Shown here: positions 25,469 through 39,197 of the stretch, piece after piece
How positions within the stretch are numbered: the stretch's first letter is position 1
Layout of the letters: every line of letters starts with the position of its first letter
Assembly: GCF_036321535.1 (NCBI RefSeq)
Contig: NC_087438.1
Span: forward strand, 12,092,001-12,156,000
Direction: 5' to 3'
Length of the DNA stretch: 64,000 nt
Origin: Camelus dromedarius
Taxonomy: Eukaryota
Position numbers and translations under genes: made by a program
Notes under the pieces: generated by a model
Database searches by the model: none
What the model saw: only the letters and a program-made list of their open reading frames with translations
Told to the model about the DNA's origin: nothing

Positions 25469-27519
25469 CTGGAGAATAAAGGAGCCGTTAGAGAAAGGCC
25501 ACGAGCTTATTGCAAAAGATGTACGGAAAGGAACAAGGCCACTGCATTCTCCTGCACGTGGATGTTTTTCACAAGTCACAAAACATCAGTAGCCTAGGGA
25601 TGGTGGGGGGACTAGATGGATTAATCCAGCATCAATCATTTCGACACCCAGAAGCCATGTTTGAAGACGAATCACACACATTTTCCTCACATAGCTCATT
25701 CCCTTTCTCTCGTACATTTGCATACATTTCCCCACATTATTGGAAAAAGTCTTTCCTCTGGAGATGATGTATATTCAAAAAAGTTCATTTAAACATCTCT
25801 TGCTAATTATTTAGCCATGAATCGCTTGGCCACATCATATCATCCTTATCTATAATTCATTTTAAAAATACAGTTTGCTAGTTCTCTCACGGGTCTTCCG
25901 TATTCTCTGCCCGAAAACGACACATTAGTATCAGTTGAGACTGCTCGTCCATGAGCCTCCTTTCTCACTCCTGAAATTTGAGAGCTCCTTGCAGAGAATT
26001 TCATCATGTATTTAAGTTCTTAAAACATTAATGTGGGATCTGAAAAAGCCAAAGTCCCTTTTAGAACTTTAAATAAACAGAAAAGCTGGGGGAGAGGCGA
26101 TGAGTCATTTCACTGCGGGAACTTCGCTTCCACTATGAAACTTATGCAGTAACACCCAATCGAAAACCAGGGAGAAAAAAGTCTAAATTAATTAAAAAAC
26201 TAGTGCAGCCTTAATTAGGGCAACTTGTCTCATTTCTTAAGAAGCAATTGTTTCATATTTAAAAATTCTATTTATTCTTTTAATGTCTGATTTCCAATGA
26301 GTTAGTAAATAAAAGGGTAGATAAGATACAGCTTTGAAGAGAAAGTGTGCTCAGCTGGTATGTGCTGTTTTCTCTCCCTTCTCACAAGAAAGCTTCGGAA
26401 AAATTAATTTGAGACTAGAAATGACATTATTAGTTTCAAGTGCCCCGGGTTCCATGGACAGCTCTGCGGTTTGTAGGAGAACTGACTTGCTGGAATTTGG
26501 CTCCAAATACCCAGAAAATGTATCATTTTGGAATTAAGAGGCTGACTTGAAATTGGTGGGAAATCATACACTCCCGATCTATTAGACCCTCCCCGCCTTT
26601 ACAAAGGCGCAGTTTACCTCCTGGATCCGATTAGTTAACTTTCTTTGATGTACGTCAGTCAATAAACACCCGCCTCACTAACATTCTGGCGTCCCTTCTG
26701 TCACAGCTCCAGCTTTTTCCTCTGTGTAGGGAACCTGCCGACGCAGGTAACTTGGAGGAACAGCAGTAAAAATAATCCCCTCCACCTGCTTCCGCATCAG
26801 GGCCGGACCTGCCGTGTGTGCAGCGCACCCAGAAAGCCCCGTGTCTCTGTTTCCACCCCTGGAGAACGAGCGCGGTGACCCTGGTTCGCGGCCGCCGTCT
26901 AATCGTTCGTTTGTTTGCTCAGTCATTCAACAAACACTTACTGAGCAACTGATCTTTATAAACAGGAAATTACAATTTAATAAAGTCAATGTTGGTCCAG
27001 AGCTCTGGGGGCTTCTGCCAGTTTAGAGGCACCTGATGAGGACTCCACGTTTCCTAGACCAACCTGGGCTCTCTGCAAACCTACCTGTGTGGTCTAGAAA
27101 GCACAGAGTAAAAGCAGAACTACTGTGTTCCTCCTAGAAGGTACCCCAACCTGGGCTCAAGAAGAGCCTGTGACACAGCAGGTCATCCCCAACACAGATC
27201 GCACCACATCCCTGTGATGGGGAGCCCCACACCCCAACTGTAGACCCCTGTCCTCTGCCCGCACAGCCCAACAATCGCGGCTGCCTCAGTGGCAACATCT
27301 AACACCTCCCCAGAGGCAAGATATTTCTAGCATCCAGTGTCACCTGCAGTCCAGCACTTAGATTTTTAAAAGCCGGGATACACAAAGACAGAGTTAATGA
27401 AGAGTTAGTTTTGATTACAGGAAGAAAACGAAGCCTGACTAATGCTGACATCATGATGTTCCAAGGGTGAGAGTCGGTGAGCGGCTATGAACCACCCCGG
27501 GGAGCTGGGCTCCTCTCAC

Positions 27520-27677
27520 CTTGATATCCTGAATCAGCTGCTGGGTAGGGGTGTCGATCGGGGCCTTGGCGTCGGTCACGTTTTGAATGGCGCTGGACCA
27601 CCTGGTGGCCTCGTTGAGCAGCTTGGTGTAGAGTCGGTAGCAGTGCTTGCGTCCGTACACGGTGACATTCCAGTAGC
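27520..27677 (-). CDS. MYO10: MYO10 exon ~33 (158 nt) YWNVTVYGRKH...QLIQDIK
   Basis: cgcag|GC, AAG|gtgaga. Confidence 0.97.
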
Positions 27678-28673
27678 CTGCGAGAGTGGTGCACACATAC
27701 ACACACATGCCAGCCTTAGCCTTGGGGACCAAGAGGCGTTCCTGTACTGGGGTCCCAGAACGCCAGTGCCCATGTCATCTCCACCTGAGCCCCTTTATTA
27801 TTTAATTCAACAGCTACTTGCTGACTTCCTCCACGTGCCAGCCCTGCATCAGGTAGCCAAAGACATGTGGAGTTTACACTTGAGAGGGAAAGACAAACAT
27901 TAAAATGATAAGCCCAGAATTAAATCTATAACTAACATCTGCTTTAAAAGAACGACCAGGTATAAACTAAAGTCCTGTTCAAGGTTCTGGAACAAGAGTG
28001 AAAACTCTTCCTTCAGATTTCTGACTCTCCTTTTCCCTTCCTGTCTCTTCTCTTCCTTCCTTAAGAGTCTCCCTTCAAAGGAGACTCCCGTCTGTGCAAA
28101 GCAAGCCGTCTCTGTGTTCAGAGACCAGCTGTGAGATGGAATGATGTGACTATATTAAAAACTGCACGAATTTCTTTTTGAATGGACTATGTTAAAAAAA
28201 GCACACAATTACAGCTAGCGACAAAAATCAAAACAAACAATCTAGAAACATCTTTTATAATAACAAAGGGAAAAAACACGAAGCTTAGACTGCTTTTTAT
28301 TCTACTGGGTTACGGTCACTGTCAGGATGACCTTTTTCAGGCTCCATTAGGACACTTGTGGTACAACATTGAGAAAGACAAAGGCACAGCATAGAAAAAT
28401 AACGCTTGGGGGAAAACCTTAGTCTGTTGATATTTTATTGCCCTTACAAGAATCTCTCTGCAACTCAATAAATCAAGACCTCCTTCCTACAGTTTACACA
28501 CCAAGTGCTCATAGAGCTAACCACGAAGCAAGAAGATAAATCCCCCTGTGGCGAAAGATGCACATGCTCCAGGCAGAAATCCTGCTCCTTTGCTCTGAGC
28601 AAACCTGGACCCCCTATGCTTGGATGGGGCAAGCCTCGGGCCCAGCCAGTCCTGAGCACAGCGCCCTGCTTAC

Positions 28674-28868
28674 CGGTCTCTTTGAAGATCTTCTCGTCCG
28701 GAGGGACGACTGAACAGAGGCTGTTGAGGACCAGGGTGCCCAGTTTCAGGGCGTTCTTCTCCGAGCTCTTGTAGTAATCCAAGGAGTTGTGGGTGAGCAC
28801 AAACCACCGCTTCTTCAGTTTCAGGGAAGACATCTTCGGGCTGTTTTTCACTTCTTTGTGCAACCACC
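28674..28868 (-). CDS. MYO10: MYO10 exon ~32 (195 nt), PH3 WLHKEVKNSPK...KIFKET
   Basis: ccag|GG, G|gtaagc. Confidence 0.97.
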
Positions 28869-29020
28869 CTGGAGAGAGAGATGAAAGGGTACATTCAAAA
28901 CTAGGAAGAAAAGCATCACCAACCAGGTAATAATTTACGCAATGCTTGTAGTTACATTTGCTAGGAATGGCCACGGTCATTTCGTATTTGACGATTTTTA
29001 ACAATTTTAAGAATCAAAAT

Positions 29021-29187
29021 TGGGGGGGAGGATATTAGCTCAGTGGTAGAGTGCATGCTTAGCATGCACAAGGTCCTGGGTTCCATCCCCAATACCTCCA
29101 TTTAAAGAATAAATAAGCAAGCCTGATTACCTCCTCCTTAAAAAAAACAAAAAAAACCACACTATTGAATTAAAAAAAAAAAAAAAA
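29021..29187 (+). mobile_element. tRNA-Ala-derived SINE (Vic-1 type)
   Basis: Same head and tail; poly-A; near-TSD AAGAATCAAAAT / AAGAATAAAAAT. Confidence 0.85.
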
Positions 29188-29292
29188 AAGAATAAAAATG
29201 ACCCAGAAAAGTGGCTCAAAATGGAACCACAGCAGATATCCGTGGAGATGGAGATAGGACCCCAAAAGGAAGAAGAGCCTCGGTGGCCTCAC

Positions 29293-29435
29293 CTCTCACT
29301 ATAAACTCCTGGCCCTCCACTCTGGTGTCCCCCTTGGATCTCTGCAGCAGCGTTATCCAGTGGTGCATCTCCTCCGGCGTGTCGGCGTTGCAGTGAAGCA
29401 CCCGGTTGGCAGTGATGATCACGAATGAGTTGGGT
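29293..29435 (-). CDS. MYO10: MYO10 exon ~31 (143 nt) PNSFVIITANRVLHCNADT...EFIVR
   Basis: ctcag|A, G|gtgagg. Confidence 0.97.
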
Positions 29436-31135
29436 CTGAGGAACAGGGCGAGAAGGAAGCCAAACCTCTGAGCGCCGCCGAAGTCCTCACCTCTGCCTGA
29501 ACCAAGACTAAATGCCTGTTTCCTGGCTTTTGGGTCACGGGGATAAAAAATGGCAGGGCTATTTGGATTTTATGTGGAGGCAAACCTGGCTCATTTCTGC
29601 AGGATTTACTTTCTGCCTCATTAACCTTTCAACTTGGAGCCACATATTCTGAAGGTCCTGGAAGGGAAAACATTTCACTGCAAAACTTTCCAGATGACAC
29701 GCGGTTCCGAGAAGGCTAAATAAGGTGACCGCAGGGGAAAATTTTTTTTTGATGCCTCTCCAAGGGAAATTTCTTTCTGCCTCTGGGTATGGCCTTGGAT
29801 AATATTTCTGTGGGTTGGTAACGAAATGTCTGACACCAGTAACAGAAGATCAGTAAATAGGTGTAAGTGGAACATCTTATACACTTGATTATGTCTGGCT
29901 CAAAGAGCCACCTGGATCTGTTTTTTTTCAAAGCAATCTGATGAGAGTGCACTTCCCGATCGGGGATAACATAAAAATGGAAATTTACTTTCTCCAGCAT
30001 CTCTTTGTATCTGGCAATGCCCTGAGTCTCTCGTAGGCCCTTGCTCAGACTAATTCCTAACCACTGAAGCTCGTGACAACTTCTTGCAAGTTTTCAAACT
30101 GAAGTTAAGTGCTGCAAAAGTCCGAGGAAAAGGAAGATTAATAGGACTAGAGTGGGGACAGACAGGCGCTCCTTAAAAATAAAAACAAGATTTTTCTATA
30201 GTTGGGAAGGGAGAAAGGTGGGCACTTGAAGAGAGAAAAGCCTGGGGAAGGATGGAAAGCTCTCAGCAGGGATCACTACCTGTCCGGTCTGCCAGCAGGA
30301 ACGGGTTTAGGAGAAGAGCGAGGCAGACGGGAAATTGACTGTCAGAACAAAAACCTGGGCTTTGATTATTCACATGACACACACGTGTTAAAAGGTTCCT
30401 GAGTCAGGTATAAGAAGGTACTGGGTGACTACAAGAAACAAAGAATCTATGGTTCAGAAGAGCCTTGTCAACAGTTGGCGTGACTCCCATCCAAACCAGG
30501 AGATACTATTTTTGTTGATCATTTGAATGTCTTTCTAAAGCTATGTTATTGAAGGCAGAAGTCAATTTCAATTCGAACTCAGAATTCGTAAGCAGCAAAA
30601 CAAAAACAGAGAGAATGATAAAGACAAGGGCCACTGGGTACCTGGACTCCTGAGACCATCGCCGAAAATGATTTGCCTTCAAAAAACAAAACCCCAAACA
30701 TGCTCTTTTCAGAGCCCAGATAAAGTGGGCATGTCCAGGGAAACAAATGCTTGTGTTTTTGTTTATGAATACTCTGCATATAAACTGCCATCAAAATCCT
30801 TTTCAAATTCATTATTCAAGTGTCGAAAGGGGAACCACACCCGCTCCCACGCTGGGATACAGGCATTTTCTTCCTGCATGAAGCCTGAGTTCATTCCTGG
30901 ATGACTGTCTAAATTAGGTTTCCATGGTCTGCCCCTGGCACTCCAGAGATCCCCAGAGAGGAAGATGATGTAGGAGGATGTCAAGCCGGGTACCAAGAAG
31001 GAAGTCTCTGGTTCGCTGGGGTTCACCAGGTGGGAACATGCAGCCTAGAATCACTTCACACCCGGCGCACAGACGCCTGTGGGCACAGGCAGGTGATGAG
31101 GAGCCACTTTTGTGGAAAGTCTCATCTGAGCTTAC

Positions 31136-31191
31136 CTGTCGGGGCTGTCTGAGGCGCACACAGAATCGATCAGCCCTACATCCAAAGTGCC
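31136..31191 (-). CDS. MYO10: MYO10 exon ~30 (56 nt) GTLDVGLIDSVCASDSPD
   Basis: ttccag|GGC, AG|gtaagc. Confidence 0.96.
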
Positions 31192-31904
31192 CTGGAAAAG
31201 AGCGAAAGCAGAGAAACTGAGAGAACCACTCAAGGATAGTGCACATCATGGTAACACCCCTAGATTACAACTCTGTAAACAGGCAAACAAAAAAGACTCC
31301 TTTTTGTGTCAACTGCAAAGTAATAGTTACTTTGGAAATGCCCCCCCGACTGTCACTTAGTACCAACGGCCTCTAGACAGGGCAAAATACACTTCACTCA
31401 TTAAGTAAATTGTAAATGAATCTGTCTTGTTCTTAAAATTCTTTCAGCAAAGGGTGTTTACGAACCTCTTTCAATCATATGTATTTTCTGATTTACACTA
31501 CGATCTACCATGAAATTTTATACTGATGAGAAAATAAAATTATTTCTAAAATAGATTTTGTGACTGTGTATGTGTCTGAAATGGCGTGATGACAGAAGAT
31601 TATGATTTAGAATTCACTAAATCCTTTGAAGGAAAGTGTAATGTGCTTCCACAGTTTCATAAAGATTGGGATTTTTTTTTTTTTTGGCTCTTTTAATGGT
31701 TTGAGGTGGAAGAATTGTCATCTATTATGATTTATAATCTTCAGTAATTTACTCCATTTTTCTGCATGATCTTTAACCAAAATATTCCTATTTCTGTCTT
31801 TAATTATTATGCTATTACTTCTTTTTTTAAAAAAATTGTCCAGATATTCCCGGTCCCCTCCCCCTCCTCGGGACGCCCTCTCCCCACCACCGATGCTCAC
31901 GCAC

Positions 31905-31998
31905 CACAGCGTTTTGCGGGTTTGCCTGCTCATCGTGCATCTCCCGAATCTCCTGGTCCGTGGATGCGTGGACCTGACTCAGCACGCTGAACCACTGG
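31905..31998 (-). CDS. MYO10: MYO10 exon ~29 (94 nt) QWFSVLSQVHASTDQEIREMHDEQANPQNAV
   Basis: cacag|C, GTG|gtgcgt. Confidence 0.96.
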
Positions 31999-32928
31999 CT
32001 GTGGGGAGGAGAGAGCGGCTGTCAAGAGTGGCTCACTTCTGCATGTGCGAAACAGTGACGCCTTTCTCCATGCTCTCTGGGAAAAGGACATCTCCTCTGG
32101 GCAGCTTTGCTTTTAAGTTGCCTACTCCTCATGGGTAACCTTGGATTTCATACTACCAAGGAGCAAAGTTAGAAGAAACAGCCAAAGTTCCTTAAGGACC
32201 ATTGGATGCAATTTCAGATCCATGGAAAAGCCTTTCCTCTGGCCCCACAGACCTTTACAGACACTTACTGATGATGAGTTCCCAGAGAAACTGGCAGCAA
32301 AAAAGGAAATCCTCAGTTCTGCCCCAAACACTTAGATCAAGGATCATTACTGAATATATTATACATAACCTATGGAACATTCAAGTGTCTTTTCATTTTT
32401 TCAAAGTAAATGATCAGGTAAGAAGGCCAATACTGTAAGAGCTTCATCTCAGAATGACCCTGGATGTCCATTCTCCCGACCCATTGCCAGGATGGGGTTT
32501 CCAACCATGAGAGAGGATTTCTATTTAAGCGAATAAAACCTCAGGAGAGCTGGAAATAGAAAACAATTTTCTGAAACAGAAAGTAGAAAATTATTTGGCC
32601 CAGAGAACTCTTCTACCTTCATTTCAAATGAGTTTCCATACTTTCAGCCTCCTCAGAATCCCATAATAAACAAGAGCATGTCAACTCTAGAAAAGTCAAG
32701 TGGAACAGAAGTCATGATGCAACTAGACACAATACATGCTTGAGGAACATGACCATGAATTCCATCCACCCATCATTTCATCTATACATTTAAGCGACTG
32801 TAACAAGTGAGAGGTACCAAGTGTGAGAGAGATGCTAGGGCTCTGTCTCTGGTAGGGGGCTGACCAGACATATATATACAAAAACTCCTGTAACTGAGGC
32901 AGAGGAAAAAGTACTTGGTATATAACAG

Positions 32929-32998
32929 GGTACTTAAGTAACAAGGTAATACCTATATATAAAGGTATTTAAGTAAAGAGGTAATACCTATATATACA
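32929..32998. repeat. 35-bp tandem duplication
   Basis: GGTACTTAAGTAACAAGGTAATACCTATATATAAA followed by GGTATTTAAGTAAAGAGGTAATACCTATATATACA. Confidence 0.85.
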
Positions 32999-34194
32999 TA
33001 TATATAAAGATAAATCATGTAAGTTATTTATAGCAAAGCAAAAAAATCTACCTCCTGTAATTCCTGCATGAGAAAGATGTGACCAAGAGTTTGAAAATAC
33101 TCAACATACACTGACTCGAACAGAAACCAAGGGAAACGTCTTAATATGAATTTGTTCATCAATTCTGATTAATCCAAAGGCAAGACTTCAGTCATTGCTT
33201 TATAAAGCTTAAAAATATCCCAAATGGAACGCTGAACAACACACACATTCAGAATGCAGGCCACTTGGGACGGGACACACAAATGAATAAAACTGGCTTT
33301 GCTTTCCATCTGCCCAGGTGACGCCCTAAATCTACATCTCTCTCCTCCTGAATCAAGTACAGCTCGGAATCTGAAAAGGGAGTTTTAAAAATGTGTTCCA
33401 ATTGAATTTCTTTGCTGTACCCCAGAAATGAACACCACACTGTAAACTGACTATACTTCAATTAAAAATTAAAATTTGAAAAAAAAAAGTGTTCCACTGG
33501 CCGGGGCAAAAAGTCCTTGGCTAAAAGACTCCAAATGTTAAATTTTGCAGGTTGATTATGGCACAATACAGACAGGACAGCTGCCAAACGCTGGGCCTGT
33601 AATTCAACTGAAAAGCTGTGGGCATTCCCTGGACCGCAAAAAAACACACGTGGTCCCGAGGAGTCCCAGACGGAATGATGGGGCTGTAATTCCAGGTTTG
33701 CTTGTTTTTCCAGTTTGTGTCATAATTTATGGATCCAAGCAGGGTTTTAGTCTGTTCCCATGGGAAGAATTATTTTCTTTGCCCTTAATGCTGCTACCAT
33801 GGTGCTGTATCAACAGAAACATTCAAAGGGCAAAGAGTCGTAAAGGCCCCCGAGAAACCACTAGAAGATTCTAATTTCTGAGCTGAGAAGTGAAGAACAC
33901 AGGCAGAGGGGTGCCACCCTCATAAATCGGAAGGTGTCCTCTGGCACTGCGCACAGTGGATGACAGGCACCTCCAGTGTAACCCTACAGACTCAAGCAGC
34001 AGCAGGGACAGATGACAGATGCTCCACTGTCTGACCCCGTTCTCTGGAATTCTATGCCACTTCTCAGCACCACGATGGAAACTGAGGTCGGAAGAACTTA
34101 CATAACTTGCCCCAGCCGATGAGGGACACCGTTGTCCTTGGAGCTCAAATATTTAAGCTCCTTAAGGAACCTAAGACGCTTTGTGCCTCCGTTC

Positions 34195-34390
34195 ACTAGA
34201 ATTGAGCTTGCATTTCTTTATGAGTTATACCACCTTTTCTCTGTATCTCAGTCTCCTACTCTGTAAATTTGGATAACAGCAGTAATACTACTTCCCTGGG
34301 GGGTGGTTGTCGGAATTAAATGAGTTCATATATGGGAAGCATTTTAGAACACTGCCTGAGACAGAGAGTGAGTTCCCTAAGTGTTAACTT
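34195..34390 (+). mobile_element. MIR SINE fragment
   Basis: CTCTGTATCTCAGT..CTGTAAA..GAATTAAATGAG..TTAGAACACTGCCTG core. Confidence 0.6.
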
Positions 34391-34889
34391 GCTCTTTTAA
34401 CCAACTGAATTCTTCAGTATCAAGACCTTAAGCGCCCTCCAAATGCCACAACACCAGCATATATTTAAACAGCCGGTGGTGAATGTTCCTGCTTTTTTAA
34501 CCCTTATGCAAACAGAAGCTGCTCTCTTTCAAAGCTCAGAAGCTTCCCGCGGGCGGCTTTCAGCTGCGTGTGGCTGCCCAGTTTACATATGCCGCTAGTG
34601 ACAATAAAACCTGAATGGAAGTAACAAGCAGTCTGTCCAGGGGCATCGAAGCTGGAAATCTGGGTGCTTACTGTATTGGATGCATTTGCCCAGTGAAAGA
34701 CTGCCCAGGAGACAAGCACATCGATCTCTGACGACTCTCCGTTCTTCGACCATCCTAACAGAAATACCCGACTAGAAAATCGACTGAAACCTTTTCAGAG
34801 CTGGCAGGCTGGACAGTGATCTGTGTGACACCCAGGCTGCAGAGGAGTGAGGACGGAGTTCTGACAAAATCCCCAGCACAGCGCCTCAC

Positions 34890-34985
34890 CTGGCGTCTTC
34901 AGGGGACTCAGCAATCAGGTGGAAGGTCCGATCAGCCATGATGATGTCAATACCGTTCTCTTTGCTGGTGTTATCTACGATCTCC
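34890..34985 (-). CDS. MYO10: MYO10 exon ~28 (96 nt) EIVDNTSKENGIDIIMADRTFHLIAESPEDA
   Basis: tgcag|G, AG|gtgagg. Confidence 0.96.
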
Positions 34986-36514
34986 CTGCAAAGGAACACG
35001 GGCACCAAACGCCAGTCAGGAACACAGAATCCTTAACAAGGGGTGGGGAAAGAAATGTCACAAAACTGACCATCGAGGTGGAAACTATAACTGAAAAATC
35101 AGATACCGAAGCTCTAGAGTGGATTTTTTGCTTTTAGAAACGGTGAAGATCTCTGTGGCCCTGGGGGGAGCCAGGCTCCTCTCTGCTCCTGAAAGGGGGG
35201 GCTGCTGGGTGTGTGTGAGGGAGTCCTTGACTTTTCTAGGGAGGGGCCTCTCTCTCTTCCCACTGGCCCACCCTAGCCCCACCCCAGCTCAGGCCCTAGC
35301 GCCATGGCCCCTGCTGTGCGTGCCCCTCCCCTGACTCAGTCCTCTAACCAGAAAGCGCCCCCCCCCCCAAGGCAGCCAGTCCGGCCTGCGCCCCTTCCCT
35401 GGTTCATCACAGCTTCCCATCAAGGTCTCAGGCATCTGCGGACACCTTTGACTCAACCTGCTACAGGCATATTCATTATTTCCATTAGGGGATTTGGGGT
35501 GAAAAGCAGGATTTGGGTGTGTCTAGATCTCCATTCCATCCTGATCTCCTCCTAACACTCTCTGAGCAACACTGGAGATTTAAAATCAGTGCATGACATT
35601 AACACAATCAGGGTAAAACCCAAGCAGTGGTTAGGATCGGACCAGAGGTGGTGACAGAGCTGATGAAGGACGGTGCTGGGGACAGAGCCAGCTGGCTTTG
35701 ACAGCTGAAGCAGTACGACTATTCACGGTAAAATACTTATTCCACATCTAAAATAATAAGCAGCCAGGTTTGAAAATAAATTCTCATATGACATTTTAGC
35801 TAAAATCACTGAGATGAGATAAAATACCTTATAAAAACCAAGAAGATCAGGATTCAAGGAGGAGTCTAATAATGCCTTCCTGGAGCAGAAGGAGAGGTGA
35901 CCCCAATGGGGAGAGATCACCCAGGTATCTGGCACTGGAGCCACTGGGAGAGGACAATAATCTCAGGGGAAAATTGTCCAGACGATGTTATCCTGGACCA
36001 GCCACTTTGCCTCCCAGGAACTCAGTGGCCTTAAGTGTAAAATGAGGGGGTGAGACTATGATGGAGCTGTAAGGCCGTGGTTCTGAACCACAGAGGTCCA
36101 TCAGGATCCTGGGAAACATTCAGAAAACCCAGGTGGGACTTTTTAGGGTGGAGCCCAGGGACTGACATTTAGAAAAAGCTCCCCTGGAGACAGGGGTGTG
36201 ATGATACTGTCCTGGCCTTGATAAACGCAGTCTGGAAGCTACAGGATAAATAAACGACGTAGCATCTTCAATAATAGATGGTCAGTGGAAGAAAGGATAA
36301 AGGAGAAGTACATAAATTTAAAAAGATTTGAGAGATCTATCAATCAGTTAAAAATTATAAACCTTATTTGGATTCTGATTTGAAGAAATAAACCAACTCA
36401 AGTCTACAAGGACACTACAACCTCCAGTTATAAGAAAACTGGGGAAATCTGAGCAATGACTGGAGTTTGGATGTTACAAGCAGTTCATGTTCCTTTTTAA
36501 ATATTATAATGAGC

Positions 36515-36626
36515 AAGGAGGGTGTAGCTCAGTGGTAGAGTGCATGCCTAGCATGCATGAGGTCCTGGGTTCAATCCCCAGTCCCTCCATTAAAAAATAA
36601 ACTTAATTACCCCCTCCCCACCAAAA
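36515..36626 (+). mobile_element. tRNA-Ala-derived SINE (Vic-1 type) nested in an older L1 fragment
   Basis: TAGCTCAGTGGTAGAG...GGTTCAATCCCCAG head, CTTAATTAC tail. Confidence 0.8.
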
Positions 36627-37198
36627 GTGTCATAATGATACTGTGATTATGTATTAAAGAGAGTCTTAATCTTTAAGTACGCACTAAATATTTACAAATG
36701 AAATTATATGATGTCAGGACTTGCTTTTAAAAAAATGTGGTTTGTAGGGGGAGCAGTGCAGAGTGGGCTCACGAACAAAACATGACTGAAAGCTGGGCAA
36801 TGAGCACACGGATTTCATTCTGGTCTCCCATCTACACTTGCACAGGATTGAAATTTTCTATTTAATAAGACGTTTCAAAATATAAAATGACAAAAAAAAA
36901 ACTTACTGTGATGAAACTTTAACAACTCACTGCCTTTCCTCTACAGAATGTGACCAACAGCTAACACTTCCTTACCTCTGTAATTTTTACAAAACACCTG
37001 GAGGACAGGGTTTTATTAAGCAGCAAAAGGCACATACACGAAATTTACATGATGAAATTCAATACCTTGCCTCTCTCTGTCTCTCAGCCTCCTGGCATTT
37101 GTGGCCCCCTCCTATGGGGTGAGTAAAGAGGACCATCACGGTGTGCAGGGTTGGGGGAACAGAGCTGTGCTAAGCCGTAAAAACATGTAGGACTCAGA

Positions 37199-37264
37199 CA
37201 TGGAAACAATCTAAATGTCCGACAGAAGACTGTAATAAAAAAGCTGTGGTGTGTATGTGTGAGT

Positions 37265-37309
<45 letters not shown>

Positions 37310-37824
37310 TATAATTGAATACTATTCAGTCATAAAAAAGAATAAAATAATGCCATTTGCAGCAACATGGATGGATGTGAAGATTGTCATTCTAAGTGAA
37401 GTAAGCCAGAAAGAGAAAGAAAAATACCACATGATATCACTCATGTGGAATCCAGGAAAAAAAAAGAAAAAAGACACTAACAAACTTATCTACAAAACAG
37501 AACCAGACTCACAGACATAGGAAACAAATCTATGGTTAACAGGGGTAAAGGGGGTGGGAAGGGATAAATTGGGAGTTCGAGAATTGCTAATATTAACTAC
37601 TATATATAAAATACGTTAAAAAAAAAAAAAACCCAAATTTCTTCTGTATAGCACAGGGAACTAGATTCAGTATCTTGTAGCAACCTATAATGAAAAAGAA
37701 TATGGAAACAAATATATGTATGTATATGTATGACTAAAACATGCTGTACACCAGAAATTGACAGACTGTAACTGACTATACTCCAATAAATCAAAAACCA
37801 ATCAACTAACAAACAAAAATAAGG
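37199..37824 (+). mobile_element. 5'-truncated young LINE-1, same family as 11034-11597
   Basis: EYYSVIKKNKIMPFAATWMD..ILSEVSQ; shared 3'UTR; TSD TGTAGGACTCAGA at 37186-37198 / 37825-37837. Confidence 0.9.
37250..37310 (+). repeat. Imperfect (TG)n microsatellite inside the L1
   Basis: Directly visible. Confidence 0.95.
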
Positions 37825-38837
37825 TGTAGGACTCAGATTCAAATCCTCAGTCTTATCTTCCTACAGAACAAGGGCTCTAAGGAACCCCAAGAGGCAGCCT
37901 GGGAAAGGACCCTGCTGTTGACACTTCATTATTTGTCCTTAAAATTAAACACACAGAAGACTTTCCCCCCTGATTTCACCCTCCACTTTTCAATGAATCA
38001 CTTTCTAAAGTCTTTGATGCCAGCTGAGTAAGAAACAATATGTCACTCTCAGGTCTCATGACTTCAGAGGTTAATGTGCTCTCTCAAAGCTGATTTTTTT
38101 AACCTGTTTTCTAAATAGGTACAGTTGCTCAGTTTGAGTGGAGTGGGGCTATGTGCTATCCCCACGCAAATTTTATGCTCACTATCTGGTTACCGAAGAA
38201 AACCAGCTGCCCCGAAATTCTCAGTATTTTCTGAAAACCTTACTGAATTTTTAATAAAAATAACAGGCACTCCATAGTTCAATGCTTTGGTTGTAGAAGA
38301 AGGTGGCAGGAAAAGGGGGTGGGTTGGATTCAGACACCAGCTCTGCTCCTCTGATGGGTACAGAGAGGTTGGTCTATCCAACTCAGACGGACGACAAATG
38401 ACTCACTTCACAGCGCAGCTCTAGACTGGCTGGCTGCTCCCAGTCCAGCCATCTATCTGTTGGCCACAGTGGGGCGTGGGGAAGAACTGAAAAGTGGTAG
38501 TTGACCCACAAGAAGATGCTCAACCCACGCTCAATATCCCCGCCACAATTCCAGCCAATCAGCACTTTCAAGGGCTCATTCTGTGTCCAACTAGCCCCTT
38601 ACAAACACGAGCAGAATGTCTGCGTTAACCACAAAAAAGTGCATTTTCACAGATACAGTCTCACTTCCCCAGCTTCCTCATAATTCAAGCCGCAGAAGTG
38701 AGAGAGGAGGACTCACTGAACACCTACTCCCTTCTCCTGCTTCCAAGCACTTGCCCCCGACTGCGTGCACGCGAGGACAGAAAGGCTGGGGCAGCCCCGA
38801 GCCCCGCCAGCACCCCGACCAGGGCTCGTGGACGTAC

Positions 38838-39081
38838 TTGGCCGCCCGGACCTCCACGGTGCCCTTGAGCTTCTCCTCGCTGTCGTTCTCGAAGTACATC
38901 AGCTTGGCCTGGCGGAGGACGAACCAGCGCTTCTTCCAGTTCCTCCGCGACAGCGTGGAGGAGCCGCCACCCTTCTTGTGCAGCCAGCCTTGCTTGAGGG
39001 CCTCCTGCTTGGAGCGGAACCACAGGAAGGTTTCGTCCTTGAGGACACACCAGCGGCGTTTCCAGGAGTTCATCAGGCCAC
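38838..39081 (-). CDS. MYO10: MYO10 exon ~27 (244 nt), split PH1 N-half and PH2
   Basis: gcag|GT, AA|gtacgt; WKRRWCVL and GWLHKKGGG motifs. Confidence 0.97.
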
Positions 39082-39197
39082 CTGCTCCCAGAGTTGGGCA
39101 GGGAGGGGTTTAAGAAAAGCCCGTCAAATTGGATGATACCAGTGGGAGGTGTCAAGATGGAGCCCATCCTCAACTTTGCCCCAACCGACCCGCCCTC

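Noticed and set aside
36517..36590. tRNA-Ala(AGC)-like cloverleaf (also at 3055 and 29025)
   Set aside because: Acceptor stem is mis-registered, and the shared A-rich tail and TSDs show these are SINEs, not tRNA genes
39082..39087. NAGNAG (GAG CAG) tandem acceptor at exon ~27
   Set aside because: GAG is a rarely used acceptor and there is no evidence of use
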